This document shows, in pieces, positions 52,395 to 64,000 of a stretch of 64,000 nucleotides of DNA (within the stretch, counting starts at the first letter, position 1; each line of letters starts with the position of its first letter). The notes under the pieces are model-generated. The model saw nothing but the letters and a program-made list of their open reading frames with translations. It was not told the DNA's origin and did not search any database. The position numbers and the translations under genes were made by a program. This DNA is from Octopus vulgaris. Taxonomy: Eukaryota. Location: assembly GCA_951406725.2 (NCBI GenBank), contig OX597830.1:1488001-1552000 (forward strand). The letters run 5' to 3'.

Positions 52395-53169
52395 ATATCA
52401 ATAATAACAAAGGGTGAAATTAATTAATTAAGAAGCAATTAATAATTTCACCATGTAGAATTCGGCATGAAAAAGACCATTTTATGGTAAGTTTAAGTAA
52501 TACTATATAATCAGGGTTCAACAACGATTAGCTTCACCACACACCGAAGTTTAGAAATAGCAGTCAAAATCTTAGCTATTCCTTCTACTTTAAAGGGAGT
52601 TCCCAGAAAAACCAAAGCACTTGAAAACAAACCACGTGGGCAAAAGGGAAAAAAATGACGAAAATCATTCTATAATAGGTTACCCACGGACGCGCGTTTC
52701 GGAATTAAGCCAGTATAAAGCATAAATAATAAATAATCATAACTTACCCGACTATTTTCCTCTCTTCAGCGTAGGATTCCACAATCATAAATAATTGTAT
52801 CTCAATTATTAATAATTGTGAAATTTTCCCCCAGAAAAATCTGTAGCATCTTACTTTGGCAACACGCTGGAGGGCGAGGGAGGATGACTTACTCTCATTC
52901 ATTTATTTTTAATTTGGCTGCACTAACACGGAATACGATCTCTCTGATACCGTTAGGTGAAGTGATGTTTTCCAGTGCCTTCAAATTTAAGATACAATTA
53001 TTAATAATTGAGATACAATTATTTATGATTGCCTACGTGGTTTGTTTTCAAGTGCTTTGGTTTTTCTGGGAACTCCCTTTAAAGTAGAAGGAATAGCTAA
53101 GATTTTGACTGCTATTTCTAAACTTCGGTGTGTGGTGAAGCTAATCGTTGCTGAACCCAAATTATATAG

Positions 53170-53170
<1 letters not shown>
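52395..53170 (-). mobile_element. Non-autonomous Penelope-like element with internal inverted repeats and a hammerhead
   Basis: IR 52514-52640 / 53032-53158, inner IR 52782-52818 / 52995-53031, hammerhead at 52682-52776. Confidence 0.65.
52682..52776 (-). ncRNA. Type I hammerhead ribozyme with long stem II
   Basis: Minus strand CCTACG-CTGAAGA-[GAGGAAAATAG...TAATTCC]-GAAAC-GCGC-GTC^CGTGGG. Canonical core with palindromic stem III. Confidence 0.8.
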
Positions 53171-53246
<76 letters not shown>

Positions 53247-53582
53247 GGGGGGGAGAGAGAGAGAGAGAGAAAGCGAGAGAGTGGGGAAGGAGAGAAGAAC
53301 ATAGATAGATAGTTATAATCATTTTTTAAATGTTTATTGTAGAGTATGTACTATATAATCTATGTGTGTGCTTATGGCAGCCAGCTGTCGGAATCTTTTC
53401 CACGCCAGACAAAATGCCTTTCATTCAACGTTCAATGAAATATACGCCAGCTTCACAATCGGGCATATGTAATCCGCTTATCTCTTTGCCCTATATTCCG
53501 GCCTTATGCCTATAATAGAAAATATAATTTATGTGTGTGCTTATAAACCTACGCAATTAATCATTACAATTTTATATTTATT

Positions 53583-55160
53583 ACTAGCATTATGACCCGT
53601 CGTTGCCGGGTCATACTGCTAGTGCATGTATATATGTGTATGTATTACATGTACTTCTATATATATACATCTACACATAAAATACAAAATACAAAGTTAT
53701 ATCTTGATATCGCTAGTGATAACAATACTCAAAATATATAACAGACTGGAATTGTAGGCCCGTCTCTTGCAATTTCCATCAATTGTATCTTGTCCTCCCT
53801 CTTGTATAGAAGTGTGGCTACAATCCAGCCTACCTCTACTTCTGAGGGGAAATTTTAAATTTTTATCCGGGACGTCCTACGTCCCAGATATAAAGGTAAA
53901 AGTAAAATATTTCCCCTTTCCAAGGTACTCCCTTGCACGCTCTGTTGACTCGAACCTTGCTTCTATTGTGGTGAATTTACCGCCTCTGGTTAGATATCTT
54001 TCATAGTCGCACCAAGACACTTTTCGATGGTGCTTTCCTCCAGGTGCTCAAATCTTTTTTTTCTCTACATTGTATACTTTATAGACGATAGTATTTTCTC
54101 TAATTTAATTCTTTATTTCGTTCAATGGTGTTGTCCTAGATTCCCCGTCTTTGTCGGTGATCAATCCGAAATAGGTTTGTATTTCTTCCATTTAAATTTT
54201 AATGAGTTCGCGCCCGCTGATGGCTGCAGCGAAATTCATTTTTGGACTTTCTTCTATCGAAGACATTGTAACAAAAATGCTTCCGTATAAACGGTGAAAA
54301 TATTGTCAATTTTTCCAAACAGGGACACAATTCAAATTTTAAACAATTACCAAAGCTCCTACTCCCAAAGGGGGAGGGTTACAGTTTATAATTATTTAAC
54401 ATATGCAATACAACAACGTTTCCCTTACGAGGAACCAACAAACGTGATAACAATAGTTAAACAGTAATAATAATAACAACCAACCTTACGGTGAATCAAG
54501 AAGAAGTACGCAGTTGAAGCTATAGTCCTTTATGTATAAGAAATAAACCAAAAGCAGTACTCAGTAGAAGCGGCTGTTCGAGAAAACAGACATTACATAC
54601 AGCCAAACTTCATATAGATACTTAATGCTAGCTAATTAGCAGATAATCTAATGTAAAAGCCGTCGTAAACGGTATGTGCACAGCTCCATCTGAACTATTC
54701 TATTTCTGCACGCTAATTTTATTTTTAATTTATTCTTATTCATGTGAAACCACTTATTCAAGTTCAAGTCATTGATGCAATTTTATACCAATTGCTATTT
54801 TTACTTTTGTTATATTACGATTATATTATACTTTAGTTTGATTTCAATCATTACTGACTACATATATTTCAATTGTGATTATTATCTTTTTTATTGTTAA
54901 AGTGAAAGTATCTGACATAAAATAGAGAAATGGTTTTGTTTCACTTTTAACACGTGATACTGAAATAGTGGAGAAAATATGATATTGCTATGGCTTCGCC
55001 CTAGGCATGAAGTTGAACATTTTTTGTCCATGAAACAACATGGACCCTAAGTAAGGCATGTATAAAATTTGAATGAAATTGGTTGTGTAGTTCTCAAGTT
55101 TTAGGGAAACACACAGACAGACAGATAGACAGACATTCTCTGTTTTATATATATATAGAT
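53583..55160 (+). mobile_element. Probable Helentron/HINE-like non-autonomous element with a nested insertion
   Basis: Begins ACTAGC..ACCCG..CGGG (short hairpin). Ends AAATTTGAATGAAATTGG...(CAGA)n...TTTTATATATATATAGAT. Confidence 0.5.
53720..54300 (-). pseudogene. Degenerate Tx1-like ORF1 5' fragment
   Basis: Minus strand RYLTRGGKFTTIEARFESTERAREY ... ILLLPLYLGRRTSRIK aligns with the Tx1 ORF1 YVSRGARSATKEAHFES ... ILLLPLYLGRRTAKV. Confidence 0.75.
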
Positions 55161-55463
55161 TCTCGTGTAACGCGAGTCTCATCCATTGTCACAATATTTT
55201 TGCTGTAACTCTTTGCTCATTCCATGTGTAATTCGCTTGAAAATCCTGTTAAACAACTGGGAGCACCTATTTTCCGGCAATTTTCTATTTTCATCGGCAA
55301 TTGTAATCTGTTGACAGTAATCGGAATGATGTGTCAATCACAAAGACTTTACTCGAATTGATATTTAAAAGTTCAGTTTAAATAAATCAACTACACACTG
55401 CTGCCGGCATTGAGGACAATTTCTTTTTGATCTTCATACGCACCCACGCACGCCATACTAACA

Positions 55464-55725
55464 CGCATATGGTGTAGTGGTTAAGAGCGCGGGCTACTAA
55501 CCCCAAGATTCCGGGTTCGATTCAAGCAGGGACGTGAATAATAATAATAATAATTATAATAATAATAATAATAATAATATCGAAAAATACCTTAGGAATG
55601 AGAACCCAGGTTCCAAATTCCCCCAAGACACCTGATGAAGGCTGGCGGGTATATCACCGAAACGTCGTGTCAACTACAAACAAGATGAAGACAAGTATCT
55701 GTCAAAGGTAAATAATGTAAATAAT
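55464..55725 (+). mobile_element. tRNA-headed SINE with an (AAT)n linker and hammerhead-containing tail
   Basis: A-box TGGTGTAGTGG (55470-80), B-box GGTTCGATTC (55514-23), hammerhead at 55627-55671. Ends GTAAATAATGTAAATAAT before (TA)n. Confidence 0.75.
55627..55671 (+). ncRNA. Minimal type I hammerhead ribozyme
   Basis: GACAC-CTGATGA-AGGCTG...CACC-GAAAC-GTC^GTGTC. Loopless palindromic stem III (ACGT). Confidence 0.7.
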
Positions 55726-55767
55726 ATAAAAATATATATATATATATATACACACATACATGCGCAC

Positions 55768-55829
<62 letters not shown>

Positions 55830-55982
55830 ATGTATATATGTATATATGTATATATATAGAGAGAGAGAGGGAGAGATACCTATGCCAAATAGAAAAGTAT
55901 CTGATAAAAGTAACTGTGCATAGAATATACTGATTATCATGCGCCCTAAAAGACACACAAACACACACACATGCATACTTAC

Positions 55983-56020
<38 letters not shown>

Positions 56021-58069
56021 ACACCTATGTGTCTTCCCGAAGTATCAGTGACTTTTTCTTTAATGAAATTTTCTTCAATATTGTAAAAACAAAAAATCTA
56101 AGGGAAATTTTTCATTTTCCATTTGAATATGATTCATCAGATAAGCTACAAGACGAAAAGAATTATCAATAGAGTTCACATCAGTTTATCAGTTTCCTTA
56201 TTTTAACTTTTGATTTAATATCACCGACACGTTCATGCATATACGTATATGCGTGTGTATATGTGTGTGTGTATGTTCATGCATATACGTATATGCGTGT
56301 GTATATGTGTGTGTGTATGTTCATGCATATACGTATATGTGTATGCGTGTGTACATGTGCGTGACTTTCATCTACAGACATGTGCTGGAATGCATTTACA
56401 AGTCTCTTAGGCTGAAGAGGAAAATCTCTCCCTCTTCCCATTGTTCCTTAGATAAAATGGCTCACCATAAAAATTCTCCTTGCAATTTAATTCAAATATG
56501 CCAAATAAACCTGCTAAATAATCAATGGCGACTCTTTTTCTACACACGCACGCACATACGTAACACATATTTACACACACACACACACCGCAACTTACGT
56601 ACACTCACACGCACATGCCACATGTGGACAAGTATTAATGAGGTGTATGTACGTATATTCCCACATACAAATAGACAAACAAGGTCACACGCAGACATGT
56701 CACATGTAGGCATATGCGCAACGCATAATACATACATGTGTGTGCGTGCGCATGCACATATGTATGTTTATATGTGTGAGAGCACAAGTTTGTGTTGGTA
56801 AGCAAATGTCTGTTTGTTTGTGTGTGTGTGTGTGTGTAAAAAATGGAGTTAATCAGAATTTCTTGTGTGCAGTAAAATGATTTGAATAGTTTAAAGCTTC
56901 GAGTATAATCTCACATTTAATCATGAAAATAAAAGTAAGAATTAAAATACAAGAAAATATTTTCTTTTATTTTTCTTTTTAATATTTGATAGGAAAAAAA
57001 GCAAAAGGGAAGAACTTAAAAAAAAAAGTACTTGGAAACCAAAACCGAAAAACAAACAAAATCAAGAGAAAAATAATGAACGAAAAACAAAACCTAAACA
57101 ACGGAGTAAATTAAAGCAAAATAACTACATAGAACACTGAACGAGAGATTGGAAATTAATTGGAAATAATCTAGTCAGGAAATTCGTTGGCTAATTTTTC
57201 GAAAGATTTTGTCACGTTCATGGAAATAAGTTATATTTTTCAGTGTTGAGTTCTTTTGAAATAAAATGGTGGTTATTATGAACATACGGAAATAACATAC
57301 ACTTGAGGCTTCGTAAATGTGTAAGGAGAAGTGATTTCACAATTATTTTACAGCAATTCATTACGCTTTTACTCATACAATTTTAAAAGAACACCTAAAA
57401 AAGAAATAAACTCGGAAAATGAGAGAAATGATGAAATGTGTAATGATGCAAGGTAGCATATTTACATAGAAGATAAACCAAAAAATAATTTATCTTAATT
57501 CGGATATTTGAAATTACTTACCTTCATGTCTTTTCGTGTGAAGTAGTCTATGGCAGCTGTTGTAATTACCCTTTGAAGGTTTAAGGTGCATTCATACGAC
57601 ACAGACTGAGCGTGGCAAGCTTAATAGATAAATATGGCCATTATCACAGTGAAAATTGTTCTTCTTTGCCTTTAGAGCTAATCACGTCAGTCATTGAATC
57701 TATAAGGGAAGAAGCATTTAGATGCTCGTTAGCTCTGCTAGATATAACAACCAGCACGCTTTCAAAGCAAATACCATCCTTTAAAAATAGAATATTAGAC
57801 AAAGAACTCCTAAGTGATTGCTGACACTTCGAGAAAAAGAAAAAGTGAGAGAGAGAGAGCAGTAAAGTCTTCTTCAGAACTATCCTGCCGTCGTTAGTTT
57901 TAGAAGACAAAATAATTTCTTATTCAGGCACAAAGTCAGAAATTTCAATGAAAGTAGGTCACTAGTTGATTACATAGATCCAGTTTCTCAGATATGCTAT
58001 ATACTATGCTATTGAACCCGAGAAGATATACCTCAGCTTGTTTGTTTATGTATGTATGTATGTATATAT

Positions 58070-58435
58070 ACATATATATATAAGGCAGATACATATATAA
58101 ACATACCTAAATACGTGTACACCACTACACACTCAACAACACTATGAAAATGGTCAAAATTTCCCCAAGAACTTAGTTCAATTTGAAAACTCCACTAGAA
58201 TGGACGTAAGCGCAATATATGATATATGATATATAAAAACATGTGATATACAAATAAATATCTGTAAATATAAAACCATCCGAATTTCTGAGTACCTCAT
58301 TTTTTCTAATATTAAATACCTGTACATCATCTCCAAACCTTCTAATATATATATTTTTATAGTGTTATTGAGTGTGTAGTGGTGTACATGTATTTAGGTA
58401 TGTTTATATATGTATCTGCCTTATATATATATATA
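58070..58435. repeat. ~75-bp inverted repeat pair around a ~200-bp spacer
   Basis: TAAGGCAGATACATATATAAACATACCTAAATAC...ACACTATGAAAAT (58081-58151) is the reverse complement of 58353-58423, with a few mismatches. Confidence 0.8.
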
Positions 58436-59632
58436 TATATGTGTGTGTGTATATGTACATATGCATAGTACTTATATGTACATATGTGTGTGGATATGAT
58501 TGAGAGAGAGGATATATATTCGTTCATACGTAAAATACTTAAACACATGTCTACATGATGGCTGGCTAGTGACTGGGTCAGTACGACCATCATTAAAGAC
58601 GATGGGATAGAGATAAAATTTCCAATAGTATCCGTACACACGTTGACATATCTCACATTTTCAAACGTGAAGAGCCCATAATGATACTCTTATCGAGTAT
58701 AAATTTTAAAAAGAAAAATAAATAGATAAAGAAATAGATGAAAATGTTTCACACGGACACAGTCAGAAGTGTAAGGTGTCAGCGCCCCGAACCACTTCGG
58801 GTTCAATACTGTACCAAACAACACCGGGATTGAAAATCCTTATTCTGTTATTTATGTTTTCGATTTCAATGCTTCAGTGCAACACATGAATAAATCTGTT
58901 TCAATATCTCGAGCAAACTAAAGATTTGTCAGTAAAATATTGTTGATTGGAAAATATGAGGAAGTCCAGAGGACGAAGTGTCTAATGAATTTGAGTAGTG
59001 AACTTTCATAGTTACTCGTTTGAGTACAAACAACTTGCTCTTTGGTCAGCGGAATTTAAGGGGTTCGGTTTGCTGCTTTATCCGTCTTCTCCGACCTATT
59101 TTGGTCGATCTCAAAGATGTCATGAATGCCACACTTTCGACTCTGATTAAACAATACGAAATAATTTTAAAGAAGATTCCTTTCATAGTGAATCTCATGA
59201 AAGCGGAGCCGAGGGGGAGAGACAGTTGCCGATGGCGGGTTCCAATAAAAACGATCACTAGAGCTATTTACATAGTTGAGATGAATTGTTGATTGTCTAC
59301 AAGAGACGGTTTTGTTTTTTTCTTTTATCTGAGATGATGGTTTCGTTTATATAATCAACATATTAATATATGTAAATTGACATAATGTTTCAAATTTTGA
59401 TATACGTTAAATAGTGTCGAGACAAAGACTTTACCAGAATATAAAGTGTGTTATTATTTCTAAGATAAAATATTATGATAATGTATCTTTAATAAAATGC
59501 AACTTTGCAGAATAAATATATTTAATAATTCTCATCCTGGTAAGAATATACAAAACACACACTCATATACCTACCTACCTACCTACCTACCTACCTACAT
59601 ACATACATACATGCGTATATATATACATATAC

Positions 59633-59691
<59 letters not shown>

Positions 59692-59692
59692 C

Positions 59693-59730
<38 letters not shown>

Positions 59731-59759
59731 TGCATACATGCATACGTATATACTTACAT

Positions 59760-59800
<41 letters not shown>

Positions 59801-60884
59801 TCCGTATATATGTATTATATAAAGTAAGAATGTCTCGCTACCGATAGCCTATGTTTCATGTTCAGCAATAAATATTCGAACAAATGAAATGTTTTGTAGA
59901 AATGATACAAATCTTTCTGAAATATGAACCAGAGTACTTAAAGACAATCCTTTTATACATAGCAAATTGAGTCCAAGTGTTTACAAGTGATAGAGAGGGG
60001 ACTGTTCAAAAGTGACCTGGATTTCCTTTCGACAATAATCATCTTTTTTGCATTTAAGATATACTTCTTTGTTTATCTCTAACATCTCTTCATTTACAAA
60101 AACTTTCATTGTACCCTTCGCTTCTATAATACTATTTAAATTATTTTCTAAATATTGACAGTTTTCTTTTACATTCCTTACAATGAATGTGTACCTGTGT
60201 CTCCTACTTTATTTACAGATTAATAAGTTACTGTCGATTTCCCCATTAAGTCAGTATTCTAGTCAGCCTGCGTCTCACACACACACACACATCCTTTCAT
60301 CTATGTTTCCCTATTTATTTAAATCCTTCTAAATCTCTCCGCCAAATTATAGATTTCCTAGTTCTCTATATCTTAACCATTCTTCGCTATCGCATCACCC
60401 CCTTTCTATCTCAATCTCTCTCTTTCTTGTTTACACTCCTGCACTCTCACTCAATTTATTAGTTCTTCATCCATATTCAGAAATGTCGTGTTTTCTAGTT
60501 TCCTAGTTTCTCCAATTTTAATTATACATTTTATAAACTGTTCTTCGTTCGTGGAAATCGGAGCACGTGGCCATAATAATGCAATTTAATTTCATGTAAT
60601 ATATAATATTATTCTCAACGTCTAACCTCGTCTAGAGCCCTTCACGTGAAAGTGGATTCATGTTAGTGACTGCTCTTTCAACACACTCATGCAGATACAT
60701 GTACACACAGATACATATACATGCACACACACACACATATATATATACACCTATGTGAATGTGTGTGTGTGTGTGTGTTTGTATACATACATATATATAT
60801 AGTATAAGGTCAATAAAAAACATAAAAATTTTACTACTTATGTAACACTCCCTCTCTTTGTCTTTCCGTCTCTATCTTTCTATC

Positions 60885-60893
60885 CACATATGC

Positions 60894-60950
<57 letters not shown>

Positions 60951-60977
60951 CCGACCTACCTATCAATCTACCTATAC

Positions 60978-61014
<37 letters not shown>

Positions 61015-61042
61015 CCGACCTACCTATCAATCTACCTATACA

Positions 61043-61109
<67 letters not shown>

Positions 61110-61150
61110 TAGAGATAGATAGATGTGTTTGCGTGTGTGTGTGTGTGTGT
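60885..61150. repeat. Compound microsatellite (TCTA)n/(CT)n/(TA)n/(GT)n with a short internal duplication
   Basis: CCGACCTACCTATCAATCTACCTATACATCT occurs twice. Confidence 0.9.
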
Positions 61151-63113
61151 ATAAACGATGATTCGTTAATTCCTCGCCACTTTCCTCATCAACTCTCAAT
61201 CTATGTATGACCGTTGCAGCTATTGACCTTCGAGTGCTTCCCGTTTCCTTCTTCTGTGATTCAATGAGAAATTCTATTTGCTTTATTTTCGGAGAAGAGA
61301 GTCTTTATTTCGAACGATGAGCATGTAAAGTGGTTTGATATGTTACAGAGCAACAGAAATAGGAAATCACTACAACAGAAAGTGTATATTACGAATGAGG
61401 ATATGAGCACTCAAAAGAGAGCTTTTAATTGTCGGTCTTTATAAGTATGTGTGTGTATGTGTGAGTCGTCTATGTTCAATGCTTAAATGTCTGAGGAATA
61501 CTCAACCAGTTGCAATATGACACAAAATATACATTACTTGAGATACAAATGCCCACTATTGATACAGACAGTTTACAATGATACTAACTGAGGATTACGT
61601 TTAAGATACAAAGGATTGGTAGTTCTACGGGGTGAACAACTGGAATGTCTATAATTCAAAACTGACAGAATAGCCATCGTCATCGTCAGACTTATGTTTA
61701 TGTCTCCACTATGAAGTCATTAATCTTCATGTTCTTTTAAATGAGACCCAGGGAATGTCGTAGACAGTTTTCTTTAATATTCATAACTTTGCATTCCTAA
61801 ACGCTGAAAAGTTTTAGGATTTTAAGCGAGGGATTTGAGCAATGACACTCAAGATGTCACCATTTATGACAGTTTGTTAGAAAAAATAACCAGGTCTCTC
61901 TCATGTGACAAGGATCTTTTAAAGTAACTGGTGGAATGAGAATTTATACTAATGAATGTACCCTGGGATGAACACAATCTGAAATGAAACAGATCTGTCA
62001 CGGTTAGAATTCCATGGACCCTTTTTTTACTCCGTTAATAACTAGTCGTGTACAGATATTGAGATTATAACAATAACGTCTTTTAAACAAATGAATGCAT
62101 GGAATTTCTGTTTTAAATGTTTCGAAGTTTTCAGAATATGAAAATTACTAGCTTACCTTAATGAGGTATTGACCTTAGTTTCTTAGCTTTCAATATCATG
62201 TTTCAGCAGACAAATACAAAATTTTCTTCTGGCCTCCAAGTTAAAAGTTGCATATTTGATTGGTTTGTGAAGTTACTGTTAAGTCATTCAGAAATATGTT
62301 AACATTTTAATGATTGACCGAAATCCCCGAGGGAGACACTAAGACATGGCAATATTTACACTTTGTTAGCATCTACAAATGTTTCTTAGAAATTAATTCT
62401 CAAACAATTGCATCAAACAAGATCATTTAAATTGGCAAAGATCAGAGAAAGAAAAGCAGAGTTCTATGCGAAATCGCAGCTGTTGCTTAAATCTTCCTAC
62501 TTATTATATACAAGCATTCATATCATATTTTTGTTATTTAATTTCCAAACTCTTGCCACCTATTTTCAGAATTCCTTTAAGGCATTTCCTTGTTCTTGCA
62601 AGGTTTTTATATCTTTATTAATTAGCATTTTTAATTCCTCAGTATTTTATATATTTTGTTTTCGTCGTATCTCCAATGCTTACACTGGTGCCCAAGATAT
62701 TGGGAGGCAGTATTAGGACAAAGAACAATTCTTTAGCAGCTCTTTCTCCTCTCACGGTTCTGTTGTGTGTAAGAAGCAGATGAGGTTGCATTTACGATCG
62801 TTTCGATTTACTGGAGTAAGTAAATTTCTTCAGAATGCGAGTATAGATAGATGCATTGGTTAGGATGCGAAAATGATTGATACATATGTGATGGTAATTT
62901 AAACAAAGTGGTAATTCTTACACTGAAATTTTGTTCTTGCACTGGTAAATTCGCTGGGTAGAGGTTTGCTTGAGGTAGATTGGTTAGTTTCATTAGGTAA
63001 TTAGAACGGGTGAGTATTAATTAGGTGCGGGTTACCTCGTTTAATTAAGCACATTGTTCTCACGTGTGCATCTCGTATTACAGATTCTGACACTGGCGGT
63101 GTATAAATATATA

Positions 63114-64000
63114 CAGTAGCGGCCATAATATAAGCGTCAGTAAGAATAAGTACATTGAAATATTTATTATAAAAGATTAACAAAACGCTGAGACTAGATA
63201 TTTTACACATATTTAGATATATTTACTATCTATCTTTATTGAAAATCTCAAGTGAATGGAATAAATATTTCGTAACTGATGAGGAAATAAACAGATAATC
63301 TTCAAAATCACAACAGCCAAAAGTTAAGGGTCACTAAGGAAAATGGAACAAGAACAAAATAGAGACCCTTACTATTAATATTTTATGAGCATCCCTTTAC
63401 TATCAATGACCTCCTGACATTTGTTACTACAGGGCTGAATTAATTTCTTGTAAAACGATTGAGTAATATTGTTCCATTCGTTTATCAATAATTCCCGAGT
63501 TCATCTGCTCTTTGTATTTCTCCTTCGTCCCCCATGTCCAATGATCTTTCAAACGTTTTCTATAGGGTTGAGATCGGGACTTTGAGATGGCCAGTCCATT
63601 TGCTCAATCCCTTCATCACTCAAAATGTCTTCAACTCTCTTCGCAGTGTGACGGGAAGCGTTGTCCTGCACGAAGACAGGAGGATGAACTGACCAGGGTC
63701 GGCGATGTGGAAGAGCATGCTGCCTGATCATCTGTTTGTGGATTTCAGAATTGACCGTCCATTGTAGGCGAATAATTGTACTAGGACCAGTAGCAGAGAT
63801 CACTCCCCATACCATGACACTGCATCCTCCATATTTCATTGTCCTCTTCACACGTACACGAGATAACCTTTCGCCACTTCTTCGTGGGACGTACATCATT
63901 AAACTTCAATTTATCGCTAAAATGAACCTGCGACCACTGTTCTTCTGTCCAAATGACATATTCGGGAGCGAAACAAAGACAGGCTATTTGATTCTACCTG
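63114..64000 (-). mobile_element. Tc1 (DD34E) transposon, 3' part, running off the window end
   Basis: VHFSD, VMVWGVIS, QDNASRH ... WPSQSPDLNPIEN, with 34 residues between D and E. Probable terminus TA|CAGTAGCGGCCA at 63112-63125. Confidence 0.88.

Overview
AT-rich, microsatellite-dense eukaryotic non-coding DNA. The SINE and repeat content suggests an octopus or other cephalopod genome (inference). I found no convincing host gene exon; the window is a patchwork of transposable elements. The main observation is at 36.0-45.7 kb. A ~355-bp, highly structured repeat carrying a minimal type I hammerhead ribozyme (retrozyme-like or Penelope-derived) is present as two divergently oriented arms. Three retroelement insertions hit the same site in the same orientation, inside the extended stem I of the ribozyme. 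One is a full-length Tx1/L1-clade LINE with a 17-bp TSD. The other two are tandem ~1.65-kb ORF1-only (zinc-knuckle, RT-less) elements sharing 3' motifs with the LINE. Other ORF1 relatives lie at 1.7-3.6 kb (TSD-bounded), ~7.3 kb and ~54 kb. The window also has a 2.7-kb near-perfect Penelope-like palindrome with a visible fold-back junction, about eight hammerhead motifs in total, and a tRNA-headed SINE ending in a hammerhead. Remaining elements are Dong/R4-like and CR1-like LINE relics, several Tc1/mariner relics and tRNA-derived SINEs. All alignments and folds were done by eye.
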